Shown here: positions 1 to 13,604 of the stretch, in pieces
Layout: each line of letters starts with the position of its first letter
Numbering within the stretch: the first letter of the stretch is position 1
Assembly (NCBI RefSeq): GCF_001194135.2
Contig: NC_069003.1
Coordinates: forward strand, 31,937,463-32,001,462
DNA length: 64,000 nucleotides
From: Octopus bimaculoides
Taxonomy: Eukaryota
Direction: 5' to 3'
Made by a program: the position numbers and the translations under genes
Notes under the pieces: model-generated
Seen by the model: the letters and a program-made list of their open reading frames with translations, nothing else
The model's database searches: none
What the model was told of the DNA's origin: nothing

Positions 1-71
1 AGGCGAATGACTTCTACTTTAGCCTTAGTTTTGGCTGATGCTTTGTGAGAATAATGTGATAGATGACGACT

Positions 72-122
<51 letters not shown>

Positions 123-671
123 NNNNNNNNNNNNNNNNNNNNNNNNNNNNNNNNNNNNNNNNNNNNNNNNNNNNNNNNNNNNNNNNNNNNNNNNNNNNNN
201 NNNNNNNNNNNNNNNNNNNNNNNNNNNNNNNNNNNNNNNNNNNNNNNNNNNNNNNNNNNNNNNNNNNNNNNNNNNNNNNNNNNNNNNNNNNNNNNNNNNN
301 NNNNNNNNNNNNNNNNNNNNNNNNNNNNNNNNNNNNNNNNNNNNNNNNNNNNNNNNNNNNNNNNNNNNNNNNNNNNNNNNNNNNNNNNNNNNNNNNNNNN
401 NNNNNNNNNNNNNNNNNNNNNNNNNNNNNNNNNNNNNNNNNNNNNNNNNNNNNNNNNNNNNNNNNNNNNNNNNNNNNNNNTATATATGGAGCGAACACGT
501 CACAATGAAGTAGAGAAATTTGAAAAGACAACACGAAACCGATTATTTCTCAAAATACAATGTTTATATACCAAAAAGATTTTATAACATTTTTCTAACA
601 TTTTTCTGACATAATTTAAATATATACTTTAACCATGTAACACAAGTCTTCTGTAGTTTTTTCACTCTTAT

Positions 672-702
<31 letters not shown>

Positions 703-1235
703 AAAGTATAAGAAAGAAAAAGAGAAAGAAAACAAAAAGATGACTGCAGGACAGTGTTCTTGCTAGTTCGGTAAATAATATTATAAAAGCAGATATTAGT
801 ATTCAACGTTTTCATTCAGAATTATTGCTAAATTGATTTCTATTTCTACAGACTCATACAATAGTTACAATAGTACACAGAGAGTTCAGCAGTTGGCATT
901 TTGAATAAAAGCATACATACACATACTATGGATATTCTTCTGTTCCATAAAACTGAGAGAACGGAAGTAAAATAAAATAAAATAAAATAAAATAAAATGA
1001 AATAAAATAAAACTATTTAATAATTTTTTTTAAAACTCTGCTAAAAATATGGGTGACTTATTTGGCAGAATTGTTAAGGGTGGTGGACAAACCAAATACC
1101 TTTTGGTATTTTGTGAGGATCCTTTGATCTCCGAGTTCAAACCCCATCCAGGTCAGCTTTACCTTTTATCTATCTGTAGGTAGATGAAATAATTACCTGT
1201 CAAATATTGGGATTAATGTGGCAGACTCTTTAGAG

Positions 1236-1942
1236 TAGTGTTTCTTAACCAGGATCCATATGACCCTTGCGGGGTGGGGTGGGGGCCCCATATAAGATTT
1301 TGTTGTTAAAATTTATGTGCAATAAAATTGGTTATACTTCTACAACACTGTTGCTGATGTGGTGTGTTTATGTCCCTGTAACTTAGCAGTTCAGCAAAAG
1401 AGGCAGATAGAACAAGTACCAGGCTTTAAAAATTTGGCTATGTGGTAAAGCGTGCTTGTGGAACCTTGGGCAAGTGTCTTCTACTATAGCCTCAGGCCAA
1501 CCAAAGCCTTGTGAGTGGATTTGGTAGACAGCAACTGAAAGAAGCCCATCATATATATACATATATATATATACACACACACACATATATATATATGTAT
1601 ATATCTGTGTGTCTGTGCGTGTCTTTGTGTCTGTGTTTGTCTCCCCCATCACCGCTTAACAACTGGTGTTGATGTGTTTACGTTCCCGTTACTTAGTGGT
1701 TCATCAAAAGAGTCCGATAGAATAAGTACTAGGCTTCCAAAGAATAAGTCCTGGGGTCGATTTGCTCGACTAAAGGCGGTGCTCCAGCATGGCCACAGTC
1801 AAATGACTGAAACAAGTAAAAGAGTAAAAAAAACAAAAAAAAACATAATAGGATTTTTTAAACATTGAATGGCTATGAAGGTCCAGTAGAGTAAAACAGG
1901 TATCAGAAGGGTCCATAGGCAGAAAATGGTTGGGAACCCCTG
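1236..1942. mobile_element. hAT MITE of the same family, split by SINE insertion(s) at about 1346-1845
   Basis: Both halves align to 43118-43355; flanks CTTTAGAG and GTTCAGAG. Confidence 0.75.
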
Positions 1943-2549
1943 GTTCAGAGTGACAGAGAAACACCTTGTGGTATTTAGTTATGATGCTCTATGTTCTGAG
2001 TTCAAACTAATCGAGGTCATATTTGCCTTGCAACCATCCAAGGTTGATAAAATAAAGTACCAGTCAAGTCTATTAATATTCCTTCCAGGCATTATAGACA
2101 TGAATAGAATCATTGTAGAGAACAAAACAAGACTAAATCCTTCCTGCTGCTTGCCTTGTGCATTTTAGAAATCAATACAGCCTCAAATATGGATGAAAAT
2201 TAATTCTTCTAAAAAAGAAATCCCAGTATGGAAGCAGACATGTGAAACAGATTTAAGGTCAGTTCAATGAATCAGGATAGATTTGTTAATGATATCTTTC
2301 AAAATAACTAATTGATGCTGGGAAATAGAAGCTATTTATCCAACTGCAAGTAGATCAATATTTAAGATAGGAAGTGGAGTTAGCAGAAACAATGAAACAC
2401 CAGACTAAAAGATGGAATGCTGGATTAGGCAAAAAAAAAAATTGTTTGAATGTCAGACAAAAATGCTTTGCGTTATTTAGCTGTGTACAAGACAGTGAAC
2501 TGGTAGAATTGTTAGCGTACTGGGCAAAATGCATAGCAGCATTTCATCC

Positions 2550-2988
2550 TCTTTTACTCTTTCTTTTACTCTTTTACTTGGTTCAGTCATTTGACTGCGG
2601 CCATGCTGGAGCACCACCTTTAGTTGAGCAAATCGACCCCAGGACTTATTCTTTGGAAGCCTAGTACTTATTCTATCAGTCTCTTTTGCCGAACCGCTAA
2701 GTTACAGGGAAGTAAACACACCACCATCGGTTGTCAAACAATGGTGGGGGGACAAACACAGACACACAAACCCGTAAATAAATAAATAAATACATATATA
2801 TATATATATATAAACATATATACGACGGGCTTCTTTCATCTTCCGTCTACCAAATCCACTCACAAGGCTTTGGTCGGCTCGAGGCTATAGTAGAACACAC
2901 TTGCCCAAGGTGCCACGCAGTGGGACTGAACCCGGAACCATGTGGTTGGTAAGCAAGCTACTTACCACACAGCCACTCCAGCGCCTAT
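2550..2988 (-). mobile_element. SINE family A copy
   Basis: Reverse complement of 12992-13460 along its whole length. Confidence 0.88.
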
Positions 2989-3031
2989 ACATCGTCATAT
3001 GTCAATCTCAAAAAAAAAAAAAAAAAGTTTA

Positions 3032-3560
3032 ACAAGACCGTTACACGTCTGCATCAAAGAACATATGAACATGAGAGCCTCCTCCTTCAGAAAACATCTA
3101 GATAGATGCCGGAACAGTCACAATTGAGGCCAATGAAAGAAATTTGGGTAATTTAAGAATCAAGGAAGCTTTACTCATACACAGACTAGGACCCCAAATT
3201 AACAACAGGATGGAAGTTGGTAATCAATATATTATTTAGCTACATCTGGATGTGTGTAGTTTAATTCTTAATAACATGCTCATATATTGTTTNNNNNNNN
3301 NNAACAAAAAAAAGGAAGGGCAAAAAAAAAAAAGAAAAAAAGAAAAAAGAGAAGCTGCACGTATAACACAACTTAGAAGCAGCGCCACAGATGTTTCAAC
3401 ACAACACACACGAGATTGAAACAGCCGACCTCACACACTTCTCATGAGGAATTCCAGAAGAACAATACACTCCAAAAAAAAAAATAGTTTCAAACATGAC
3501 TTTCCCCAACAAATGATACAGCAGTAGGTAAAACTGCTTTCCGCAGTTAAGGATAATGAA
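3032..3560 (+). mobile_element. Penelope-like retroelement relics (GIY-YIG C-terminus; possible RT C-terminal piece)
   Basis: TRPLHVCIKEH...SSFRKHL, a frameshift, then IEANERNLGNLRIKEALLIHRLGPQINNR. SHEEFQK...FPQQMIQQ near 3440-3530 is weaker. Confidence 0.65.
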
Positions 3561-4319
3561 ACTTTAAGTGGATGTATCTGATTTCCACAGTGAAAGGCTT
3601 CAAATAAGAGTTTTACTAAGTTGGTTGTAATAAAAAAAATTTTAAAATCCGGTGAAAACAGAAAATGAAATCAATGATTATAGTGAAAACAAATAAAATA
3701 TTAAAGAAAACAGGATAAATAGCTTTTTCCTGGAAAAAGGGAAGGAAACAACAATAAATGTTATACAAAATAGTTAAACAAATGACGTAATTATAATATC
3801 ACAGACGCCTACAAATAATTTATTGTTATTAAATAATAGCAATAAAAGAACACATTCTTTTATTCTTTCACTCCTCCTCAAAAGTTAAACAACAATAATG
3901 AAAGAACATTCTATTACTCATTTAATGGTCTCACGCTTCAGATTGTGGCCATGCAACAGCATCGTTTTCAAGGGTTTTAGGTTTTTAATCTATTACATAA
4001 AAACCGGTATTTTATCACCCTCTTACTTCTTTTATTATATGCGTTTAGTGAATGGCTAGATACACCTTAGTATAAGGAGATGTAACTCATACTAAATACT
4101 AAAAGGGTAGGGATTTCTGTATACCAATGCACAGGTCATCCCGTACCAATACGCACATATACATACACACACATACACCAGTTTTGAAAGATCTGAATAA
4201 AATATAAAGTGAAGGATATTGCCCTTCCCTCTATTACTAAACTATTAATATACACAGATAAACATAGACATATAGTGAAAGAGAGACAATATATAATACA
4301 CACATATATATATATCTTT

Positions 4320-4527
4320 TATCTTTTACTTGTTTCAGTCATTAGACTGTGGCCATGGTGGGGCAACGCCTTCAAGAATTTTTAGTTAAATCAACCCAGT
4401 AGACATTTTTAAAGCCTGGTACTTATCCAATTAATCACTTTTGCCAAACCACTAAGTTATAGGGATATAAACAAACCAAAACCGATTATCAAGCGGTGGT
4501 AGGAGACAAACACAGATACAAAGAAAG

Positions 4528-4558
<31 letters not shown>

Positions 4559-4720
4559 GGGCTTCTTTCAGTTTCTGTCTACCAAATCCACTCACATGGC
4601 TTTGGTTGGCTGAGTCTGTAATAGAAGACACTTACTCAAGGTGCCATGCAGCAAGATTGAACCCAGAACAGTGTGGTTGGGAAGCAAACTTCTTACCACA
4701 CAGCTAAGCCTGCACCTATG
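4320..4720 (-). mobile_element. SINE family A, older diverged copy
   Basis: Same module order with many substitutions. Confidence 0.75.
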
Positions 4721-4785
4721 CACATATATCTACACACATATATATGTAAATACATATATATACTTACATACATAAATACATACAT

Positions 4786-4824
<39 letters not shown>

Positions 4825-4899
4825 CACAAACACACATATAGACACACATACACATACATATATACACATATGCATACATCCATACACACACGCACATCC

Positions 4900-4930
<31 letters not shown>

Positions 4931-5942
4931 CACATATGCATACACACTTATGCACTCACACACACACGCACCCATTCGACAGTAAATTGGAAATTCGTAT
5001 TTTTGCTCAATCTAAAGATATCATATACATCATGGTTCTTTCCTGTCATAAACAACAATATGAGTGTTCTGTAATTACTTGTGCTTGATCAACCTGCACA
5101 GATAATTTGTTTACAGTGATCAAGTGTTTGTGCTGCTGCACATTAGTTCATTCTCTCCATCAAATTAAAGTTGCCAAAACAGGTGCACAGTGTATCATAC
5201 ATCAGATGTCGAAATTACCACAGTGCAACAGGAAATGAGATGTTTTTCCCCAAGAACACACTGCACTGCTGGGTCTGGGAATTGAAACCGCAACCTTGCA
5301 ATCATTAGTACAATATCCTAACAAGTAGACCGCACACCTTCACTATATAACTGCTTAAGAGGAACCGTCAAGCCAAGTGCACACCCGTGCTGGTGCTACA
5401 TAAAAAAAAATCAACCTTTGAACATCGGGCCTCATAGGGGCAAGGTAGCTGAGTACCTTTCGAGAGTTAGGCCTCACAGAGGTGGGGTAGCTGAGTTCCT
5501 TTCGAGCGTTGGGCCTCATGGAGGCAAAATGGTCAAGCTCCTGGGTTGCATGGAGGCAAAGTGGCTGAGTTCCTTTTGAGTGTTGGCGTTAGGAAGAGCA
5601 TCCAGCCATAGAAAACCATGCCAAATCAGCCTGGATCCTGATACAGCTTTCTAGCATGCCAGCCCAGTCAAACTGTCCAACCGATGCCAAGATGGACAAC
5701 AGATGATGATGATGATGGTGGTGATGATGATACATGGTGCCATGCAAAAAGTGCTGATGCCATGTAAAAAGCACCCAGTACACTCTGTAAAGTGGTTGGC
5801 ATTAGGAAGGACATCCAGCTGTAGAAACACTATGGAACCTTGGCCTTTCCAGTTTCTGTCAAATTGTCCAACCCATGCCAGCATGGAAAACGGACATTAA
5901 ATGATGATGATGATTATGAAGATAATGCATACATACACACAC

Positions 5943-5980
<38 letters not shown>

Positions 5981-6057
5981 CTCAAGCACAGGATGATGCT
6001 AATAATATAGCCTCAACAGGATAAGCTATCCCTATTTTTGCAGAAAAAAGTATTGGC

Positions 6058-6133
6058 GGCCAGCTATGAGACTCGAACTCACACCTCCGTGATTACGCGT
6101 CGCGGTGCTCTAGACCGATTAAGCTAAACTGCC
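6058..6133 (-). tRNA. tRNA-like cloverleaf (Thr-CGT-like anticodon), probably a pseudogene or SINE-related
   Basis: A box TAGCTTAATCGG and B box GAGTTCGAGTC; acceptor stem 6/7 paired; D and T stems pair; T6 run 8 nt downstream. Non-canonical: 6-bp anticodon stem with one mismatch, and G at the position of U33. Confidence 0.45.
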
Positions 6134-6239
6134 CCCACAACACACTCTTCCACAAATTTAAGATGTATAGAAATCTGGCTTTATGAGACGCTATTATACA
6201 TTAAATTCAAATTACGATGAACGTAAACAAACGAAGTTT

Positions 6240-6512
6240 GCTTTTAGAAGTGTTGAGATGTCTTATGGGAGACCAGCAGTCGCCCATACATACAGGCCTC
6301 CCCTCTCCACACTATTGATGTTATCCAAGGGAAAGGCAAAGGCTGATACAGCCTGGCACCAGTGACTTCACAACTCATTTCTACAGCTGAGTGAACTGGA
6401 GCAACGTGAAATAAAGTGTCTTGCTCAAGAACACAACACACAGCCTTGTCCAGGAATCAAATTCACAACCTCATGATTGTGAGGCCAACGCTCTAACCAC
6501 TGAGCCATGCAT
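6240..6512 (-). mobile_element. tRNA-headed SINE, third family (TGTTCTTGAGCAAGACAC core)
   Basis: A box TGGCTCAGTGG and B-like box; the same core recurs near 11840, 20680, 42410 and 43620. Confidence 0.7.
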
Positions 6513-6942
6513 TTCCATAGAGAGAATTACAGCTCTAAATACTTAGATATAAAAGTTTACATCAATAAACAATGACTGCATACAGATTATCTTTGTGACA
6601 AAAAGATGTATACTCAGATTATAGTTAGTATTCAAACAGTTGAACAAAAGCATAAACTAGAGTAGAGATTTTCTGGTTTTTTCCCCCTGCAGACGATCGG
6701 ACATAAACTTACCTTTTATGTTTCTGTCTACACAGCATTTTAATCAGTCTATCCACCAAACTTCATCTTCTCCTCCCACCTCTCACTCTCTACAACATAT
6801 TCTTTTACTGGTGTCAGTCATTCAGATGTGGCCATTCTGGGACAACGTCTTAAAGGGGTCTTTTAATTAACTGTTTACACCTTTCAATGCAAGGCAACAT
6901 AAATAACACATATGCACACACTTACATACATACATGATGATG

Positions 6943-7225
6943 GTGGAGGCGCAACGGCCCAGTGGTTAGGGTAGCGGACATGCGGTCGTAGGATCACGGT
7001 TTCGATTCCCAGACCGGGCATTGTGAATGTTTATTGAGCAAAAACACCTAAAGCTCCACGAGGCTCCTGCAGAGGGTGGTGGTGAACCCTGCCGTACTCT
7101 TCCACCACAACTTTCTCTCACTCTTTCTTCCTGTTTCTGTTGTACCTGTAATTCAAAGGGCCAGCCTTGTCCACACTCTGTGACATGCTGAATCTCCCCA
7201 AGAACTACATTCTGAAAGATGCCCG

Positions 7226-7264
<39 letters not shown>

Positions 7265-7455
7265 TCCCTCCACCATCGCTTGACAACCGATATTGGTGTG
7301 TTTACGCCGCCGTAACTTAGCGGTTCGCCAAAAGGGACCAATAGACTAAGTACTAAGCTTACAAAGAATAAGTCCTGGGGTCGATTTGCTCGACTAAAGG
7401 CGGTGCTCCAGCATGGCCGCAGTCAAATGACTGAAACAAGTAAAAGAATAAAAGA
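6943..7455 (+). mobile_element. Chimeric SINE: family B 5' part, (GT)n, family A 3' part
   Basis: 6943-7225 aligns to 23069 onward; 7226-7455 aligns to 13245-13445. Confidence 0.8.
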
Positions 7456-8448
7456 ATATATTATTATTATATACTATTATATGTGCATAACAGACAGGAT
7501 GGTCACGGCTGGAATGTGTCTGATCACATGACTGCTCACAGCTGAGTCAGGGCTGAGCTGGAGGAGGTTAGACGACAACCGCAACAACAAGAATAAGTAA
7601 TATCAGTAGTGTATAGAGTGAAACAATAAAAGTGTTTAGTGAAACTAAATACCACAAGAAGACATGCTATGGTGGAATAGAGGCGGGGGAAAAAGAGCGA
7701 TGTATGGATTTTTGTCCTGATAGGAATCCATACATCAAGATAGGAATCTCTTTTTGTAACCTCTGCTGGAATAATTCATCATCACCATCGTCGTCATCGT
7801 CATCATCGATATTGTCGTCATCATTGTCGTTGTAGTAGTTGTTGTGGCCATTACTGCCATTATTGTTCCCATTACCACCACCAGCACCACCACCACCACC
7901 ACCACCACTACCATTGCCACCACCAGCACCACCACCACCTGCGCCGCTATCACCTTAGCCATTATCATTATCATCGGTGTAGTTTCTAGCACTAGACTAC
8001 CATAATCAGTTCCAGCACAACAGCCATCACAATCCTCATCAGCACCACCACTACCACTACGACGATGTGAGAATGAGGGTGTAGGTGGTTGTTCGACCAG
8101 CTAGAGATAGCAGCCAAATCATCTACAAATCACTCCTCACCGTCTTAAAACCTTTTTGATACTAACCTGCCTGAGACTTCCCCTGGTTCTATGATTCAAA
8201 CATCTTGTTTTAAAATAATTTAACCCATTAGGATTTAAACTTGCCACATCCGGCTTAAATATTCTAACTGCTTTATGTCCAAACTAACCGGATCTGATCT
8301 CTCACACCTCTCCTGCAATGTCATTCTAAAAATATAGAATCACATCATTGAAATCTCAAAGCTACAAGATAATCTGAATGGTAAAGGATTAAATTAAAAT
8401 CTCCCATCAAAATTTAATGTTTACTGATGTCCCAAACAACAGGTTTAA

Positions 8449-8673
8449 CCCATTAAGTCCCAGAGTACTTAAATTTCTGAATATTACTTTTAAATTCTTA
8501 CAAATGATTGAAAATAGGTTAAAATGAAAAAATTAATTATTAAAACACCTTTACCTCAAGTAGAAATGGAAATACTCGGTGTCCTATAAATAGGACATTG
8601 AGACAATGTGATATAGCTTATTTAATGTTCTCATTTAGTGTCCTAATTTATAGGACAGTGGGACTTAATGGGG
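8449..8673. mobile_element. piggyBac-type MITE
   Basis: TTAA|CCCATTAAGTCCCA ... TGGGACTTAATGGGG|TTAA. Confidence 0.75.
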
Positions 8674-10211
8674 TTAATAAGGACAAATTCATTTTACTTA
8701 GTTGTTTGTCATTTTGAAAATTTATTACAACAAAGACAGTGTATTTCAACAGAAATATGGTAAGAGAAGGGTTAAATAAAGAATTGACAAAGTAGACAAT
8801 GATATAAAAAAGGAAAGAAATGCATCTAGTACACTCTGTAAAGTGATTGGCATTAGAAAAGACATCCAGCTGTAGAAACCAAACCAAAACAGACTATGGA
8901 ACCTGTTGCAGCTCCTGGCCTTTCCAGCTCCTATCAAGCTGTCCAACCCATGCCAGCATGGCAAATAGACATGAAACAATGATGATGGTGGTGATATCAT
9001 CAAAATCTCAAAGCTATGAAATAATGCATGATCGATTCAAAAACAATGTGAATAAAAAAAAGCAATAAGCATTACATCTGACAAAATAAACCAAACGTTA
9101 AACATTTATGTTATGGTAATTTATGAAAATGATATGAGCTTCAATGTTCTCGACAGCACTGAATAATTAATGGCTTTATTAATTAGAGTATATAAAACGA
9201 AACAAAAATCAATCATATCATTTAAAATTGACTTCGGCGGTGTTCTCTGTGATATGATCTAATCTCAAACAGGTATGAATGCATTAATCTATAATACCTG
9301 TAGATTAGTACACTTAAAGTATTTATAATTCGGCCTGGCAATATTTCCCTTTGATTACACTCAGTGTCAAGTTGATAGCAGTAATGTGAGACATCGTCTC
9401 TGACTGCTCTTTGTTCTCCCGACACATTGTACTATTACACTTCTGGTTACTGCTCTATTACAGTACCACATTGCTGCTCCGATATTGCATTGTCTCTGCA
9501 CTGCTCCCCCCACCATACTCTCTGCATTGTAAATTATTATTATTCTGCTGCTGCTGGAATATTACAGTACTATAGGTTACCACTGCATTTCTGTTGCACA
9601 AGAAATGCACTATTACAAAACAATAAATTGAACAATTATATCATCATCATCATCATCGTCATTTAACATCCGCTTTCCATGCTAGCATGGGTTGGACAAA
9701 AAGCAATCTGCAAGCTTTGTGATTGAATTTGGTAGGCGGAAGTTACTGCCGTGTGTGTATATGTCTGTGTATGTGCTTGTGCCTCTCTCCCAAAGAGAGA
9801 GAGAGAGAGAACAATTATATATATATNNNNNNNNNNNNNNNNNNNNNNNNNNNNNNNNNNNNNNNNNNNNNNNNNNNNNNNNNNNNNNNNNNNNNNNNNN
9901 NNNNNNNNNNNNNNNNNNNNNNNNNNNNNNNNNNNNNNNNNNNNNNNNNNNNNNNNNNNNNNNNNNNNNNNNNNNNNNNNNNNNNNNNNNNNNNNNNNNN
10001 NNNNNNNNNNNNNNNNNNNNNNNNNNNNNNNNNNNNNNNNNNNNNNNNNNNNNNNNNNNNNNNNNNNNNNNNNNNNNNNNNNNNNNNNNNNNNNNNNNNN
10101 NNNNNNNNNNNNNNNNNNNNNNNNNNNNNNNNNCAGTCCAGTATTATCCGCACGGATAATTTTAACACAATACTTATATCCAAACGTCCTTGAATTCAGG
10201 AGAAAACAAAC

Positions 10212-10271
<60 letters not shown>

Positions 10272-11080
10272 TTCTTTCCTCTCTTTCTCACATTCTCTCC
10301 CTCCTTCCCTTTCTTTCTCCCTATTTCTCTCCCTCTCTTTTCCTCCCCTCCTCTCACTTCCTCTCTCCCTCCAACTCTCTCTCCCACCCTCTCCCTCCTT
10401 CTTCCTCTCCACTCTCTCCCCCTCTTATTTCCCCCCATCAAACTTCAACATATCTCATCCTTTATGCGCTCAACTTCCTCATTCACTAGATTTTTCTCAT
10501 TAAATATAATTCCTGACTAAATACTTGTTCCATAACTAACATGGTGGTGGTGGGGGAGGAGGGCCTGGGGGAATGGTTAAAACAATGTGCCTAAAGTATA
10601 TCTAACAATCATGAATATCCATTGACATAGTTCTTATCCGTTTGTCCATCTTCTCATTATTCCGGAACATTGTTACTCGGTATAGCAAAAAAAACACAGC
10701 AGCATATTCTGTGACAGTATTAGCTTAAGTTGGTCACGGAGATAACAACACCCAATATATTAAATTGATAAAACGCACTGAAAATAATCCTGCTTTATAC
10801 CATGATTAAGAAAATAGCTATTCATGGAGTACAGATTATTGTGAGATAAAAAGCTAACAAAGCCAAAAGAAGCATTAAAAGATGAAGGGAAATGATAAGT
10901 AACAAGGGATGTTAGAAAACAATAAGCATGCAAGCACAGATGGATAGAATATCGCATGAAAATTCATCATTTTAGTTTTGAATATCAATGTTCTAAGGGA
11001 GTAAATGAGTTCTTAAGCAACATTATTCTTAGATGATATTCCTTCTGTTTATCTCATGCAACATTATTCCTGGAGGTGTG

Positions 11081-11465
11081 TTGTTGTTGTTGTTGTTGGC
11101 ACTCCGTCGCTTACGACGTCCAGGGTTCCAGTTGATCCCGATCAACGGAAGAGCCCGCTCGTGAAATTAACGTGCAAGTGGATGAGCACTCCACAGACAC
11201 GAGTACCCTTAACGTAGTTCTCAGGGATATTCAGCGTGACACAATGTGACAAGGCTGACCCTTTGAATTACAGGCACAACAGAAACAGGAAGAAAGAGCG
11301 AGAGAAAGTTGTGGTGAAAGAGTACAGCAGGGTTCGCCACCATCCCCTGCTGGAACCTCGTGGAGCTTTAGGTGTTTTCGCTCAATAAACACTCACAACG
11401 AATCGAAACCGCGATCCTATGACCGCGAGTCCGCTGCCCTAACCACTGGGCCATTGCGCCTTCAC
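11081..11465 (-). mobile_element. SINE family B copy with 10-bp TSD, inserted at the head of another SINE
   Basis: Reverse complement of 23069-23456; TGGAGGTGTG at 11071-11080 and 11466-11475. Confidence 0.9.
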
Positions 11466-12913
11466 TGGAGGTGTGTAGCCTAGTGGTAAAAGTATTCAAC
11501 ACATGATCATAAGATTGCAGTTTCAATTCCTTGCCTAGGCGATGCATTATGTTCTGCAGCAAAATACTTCATTTCATGTTGCTTCAAGCTACTCAGCTGG
11601 CAAAAATGAATAATCCTGGATGAATCAGCATCCTATTCAGTGGGTAATTGTATATACGCCACGGAAACCGGGAAACCAGCCCTTATGATTCCATAAACCT
11701 CAAGAAGGATGCTCTAATATTATTCCTGATATCATTCCTGTTTATCTCATACAACGTTATTCTTAGTCGATATTCTTCCTGTTTATCTCATGGAAGGCAT
11801 GTGGTCTAGTGGTTAGGGTGTTCAACTCATGATCATAAGATTACAGTTTCAATTCCTGGACTGGGCGATGCATTGTGCTCTTGAGCAAAACACTTCATTT
11901 CACATTGCTCCTGTGATAAACCAGCATCCCATCCAGGATGGTAAATATATACATATGCCACAGAAACTGGGAAGCCAGCCCTTACGAGTGGAGAAGGATG
12001 CTTTAACATTATTCCTAATTGGTGTTCTTCCTGTTTATCTCCAAGATGAGCTTTGAATGAACAGAATGAAAATATGGATTAGTCCAAAGGAATATGGATT
12101 CAACAAGGAGGAAAAGCATGAACTGATTCATCAAATTGACAACCTGTAACTTAGCAGTTTGGCAAAAGAGACCAATAAAATAAGTACTAGGCTTTAAAAA
12201 AAAAGTAAGTCCTGGCATCAATTTGTTTGACTAAAACCCTTCAAGGTGGTGCTCCAGCATGGCCACAGTCAAATTACTGAAACAAGTAAAAGAATAAAAT
12301 AATATGCTACACCCAATAGAACTACAGAACTACAGAAAACCATAACTCTTTAAGAATACAGTTTTACTGCAACCTAATGCATTTTCGATATAATATAGAA
12401 TTACATGAAATGTTAGTCAGCCAGAATTTTGTATTAACTGCAACGTAATATATCTTCAGCACAATACAGAACTATGTGAAACCAAAGCTAGACATAATTA
12501 ATACATTCGTTGTTGTATTTGTAATGGAATACACTGTCCACGTGTTTCAATTAATTTGGAAAAATAATCAATAATTTAGTGAAATAAATTTTTCATTTGT
12601 AAACTGCTGCGTTGAGCACAACAAAAGGTTTTTAACATGAAATCACGATGAACGGTTATAATTTAAATATAAACACCTTCATATCAGAGGTTTTGAATCA
12701 GAGAATTGGAGTCAGTCTCAGGGAAGATGGTGTCAAAACAGTTAAACTACAATGTTTTATAACAAACTATTATTATCATCATCATCATCTTCATCATTAC
12801 TTAATGTCCACTTTGCCAATCTTGTACAGGTTAAATGGAAATTACGCAGCTTGACATGTCTTCACTATAATAATGTCAAGTAACGTGAAATAATTATAAC
12901 TAGCCAATGGTTA

Positions 12914-13173
12914 TGAGGGGTTGCTGAAAAGTTCCTGGCTTTGGGTAAAAGAAAATACAAGAGGATCAGTTAACTATGATTTTATTCAATGTATAGGAGT
13001 GGCTGTGTGGTAAGTAGCTTGCTTACTAACCACATGGTTCTGGGTTCAGTCCCATTGTGTGGCACCTTGGGCAAGTGTCTTCTACTATAGCCTCGGGCTG
13101 ACCAAAGCCTTGTGAGTGGATTTGGTAGACGGAAACTGAAAGAAGCCTGTCGTATATATGTATATATATATAT

Positions 13174-13225
<52 letters not shown>

Positions 13226-13604
13226 ATGTGTGTGTGTTTGTGTGTCTGTGTGTCTGTGTTTGTGCCCCCAACATCACTTGACAACCAATGTTGGTGTGTT
13301 TATGTCCCCGTAACTTAGCGGTTCGGCAAAAGAGACTGATAGAATAAGTACTAGGCTTCCAAAGAATAAGTCCTGGGGTCGATTTGCTCGACTAAAGGCG
13401 GTGCTCCAGCATGGCCACAGTCAAATGACTGAAACAAGTAAAAGAGTAAAAGAGTAAAAGAGAGTATTCACCTCTCAGATTCACACACTTATAGCAGCGG
13501 TCCTTCAGTTTTTCTAAGCCCTGTAAAAAAAACTCTGAAGATTGAACCCCCAATCAGACCTTTAGTGATACCCTTAAAGCCAGGAATTTTTCAGCACCCC
13601 ATCA
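12914..13604 (-). mobile_element. Mariner-derived MITE with both TIRs and TA TSD, interrupted by a SINE
   Basis: Left TIR TGAGGGGTTGCTGAAAAGTTCCTGGCTTT and right TIR AAAGCCAGGAATTTTTCAGCACCCCATCA; TA on both sides; homologous to 19720-19886. Confidence 0.85.
12992..13460 (+). mobile_element. Full-length tRNA-derived SINE, family A (head, CCTTGGGCAAG box, internal (TA)n/(TG)n, AAAGAGT tail)
   Basis: A box TGGCTGTGTGG and B box GGTTCAGTCCC; near-identical copies elsewhere in the window. Confidence 0.88.

Noticed and set aside
6710-6800. Minus-strand GTAAG donor with upstream LVDRLIKMLCRQKHK as TBC1D2 exon candidate
   Set aside because: Stops in all frames from the plausible acceptor, and no TBC1D2 similarity.
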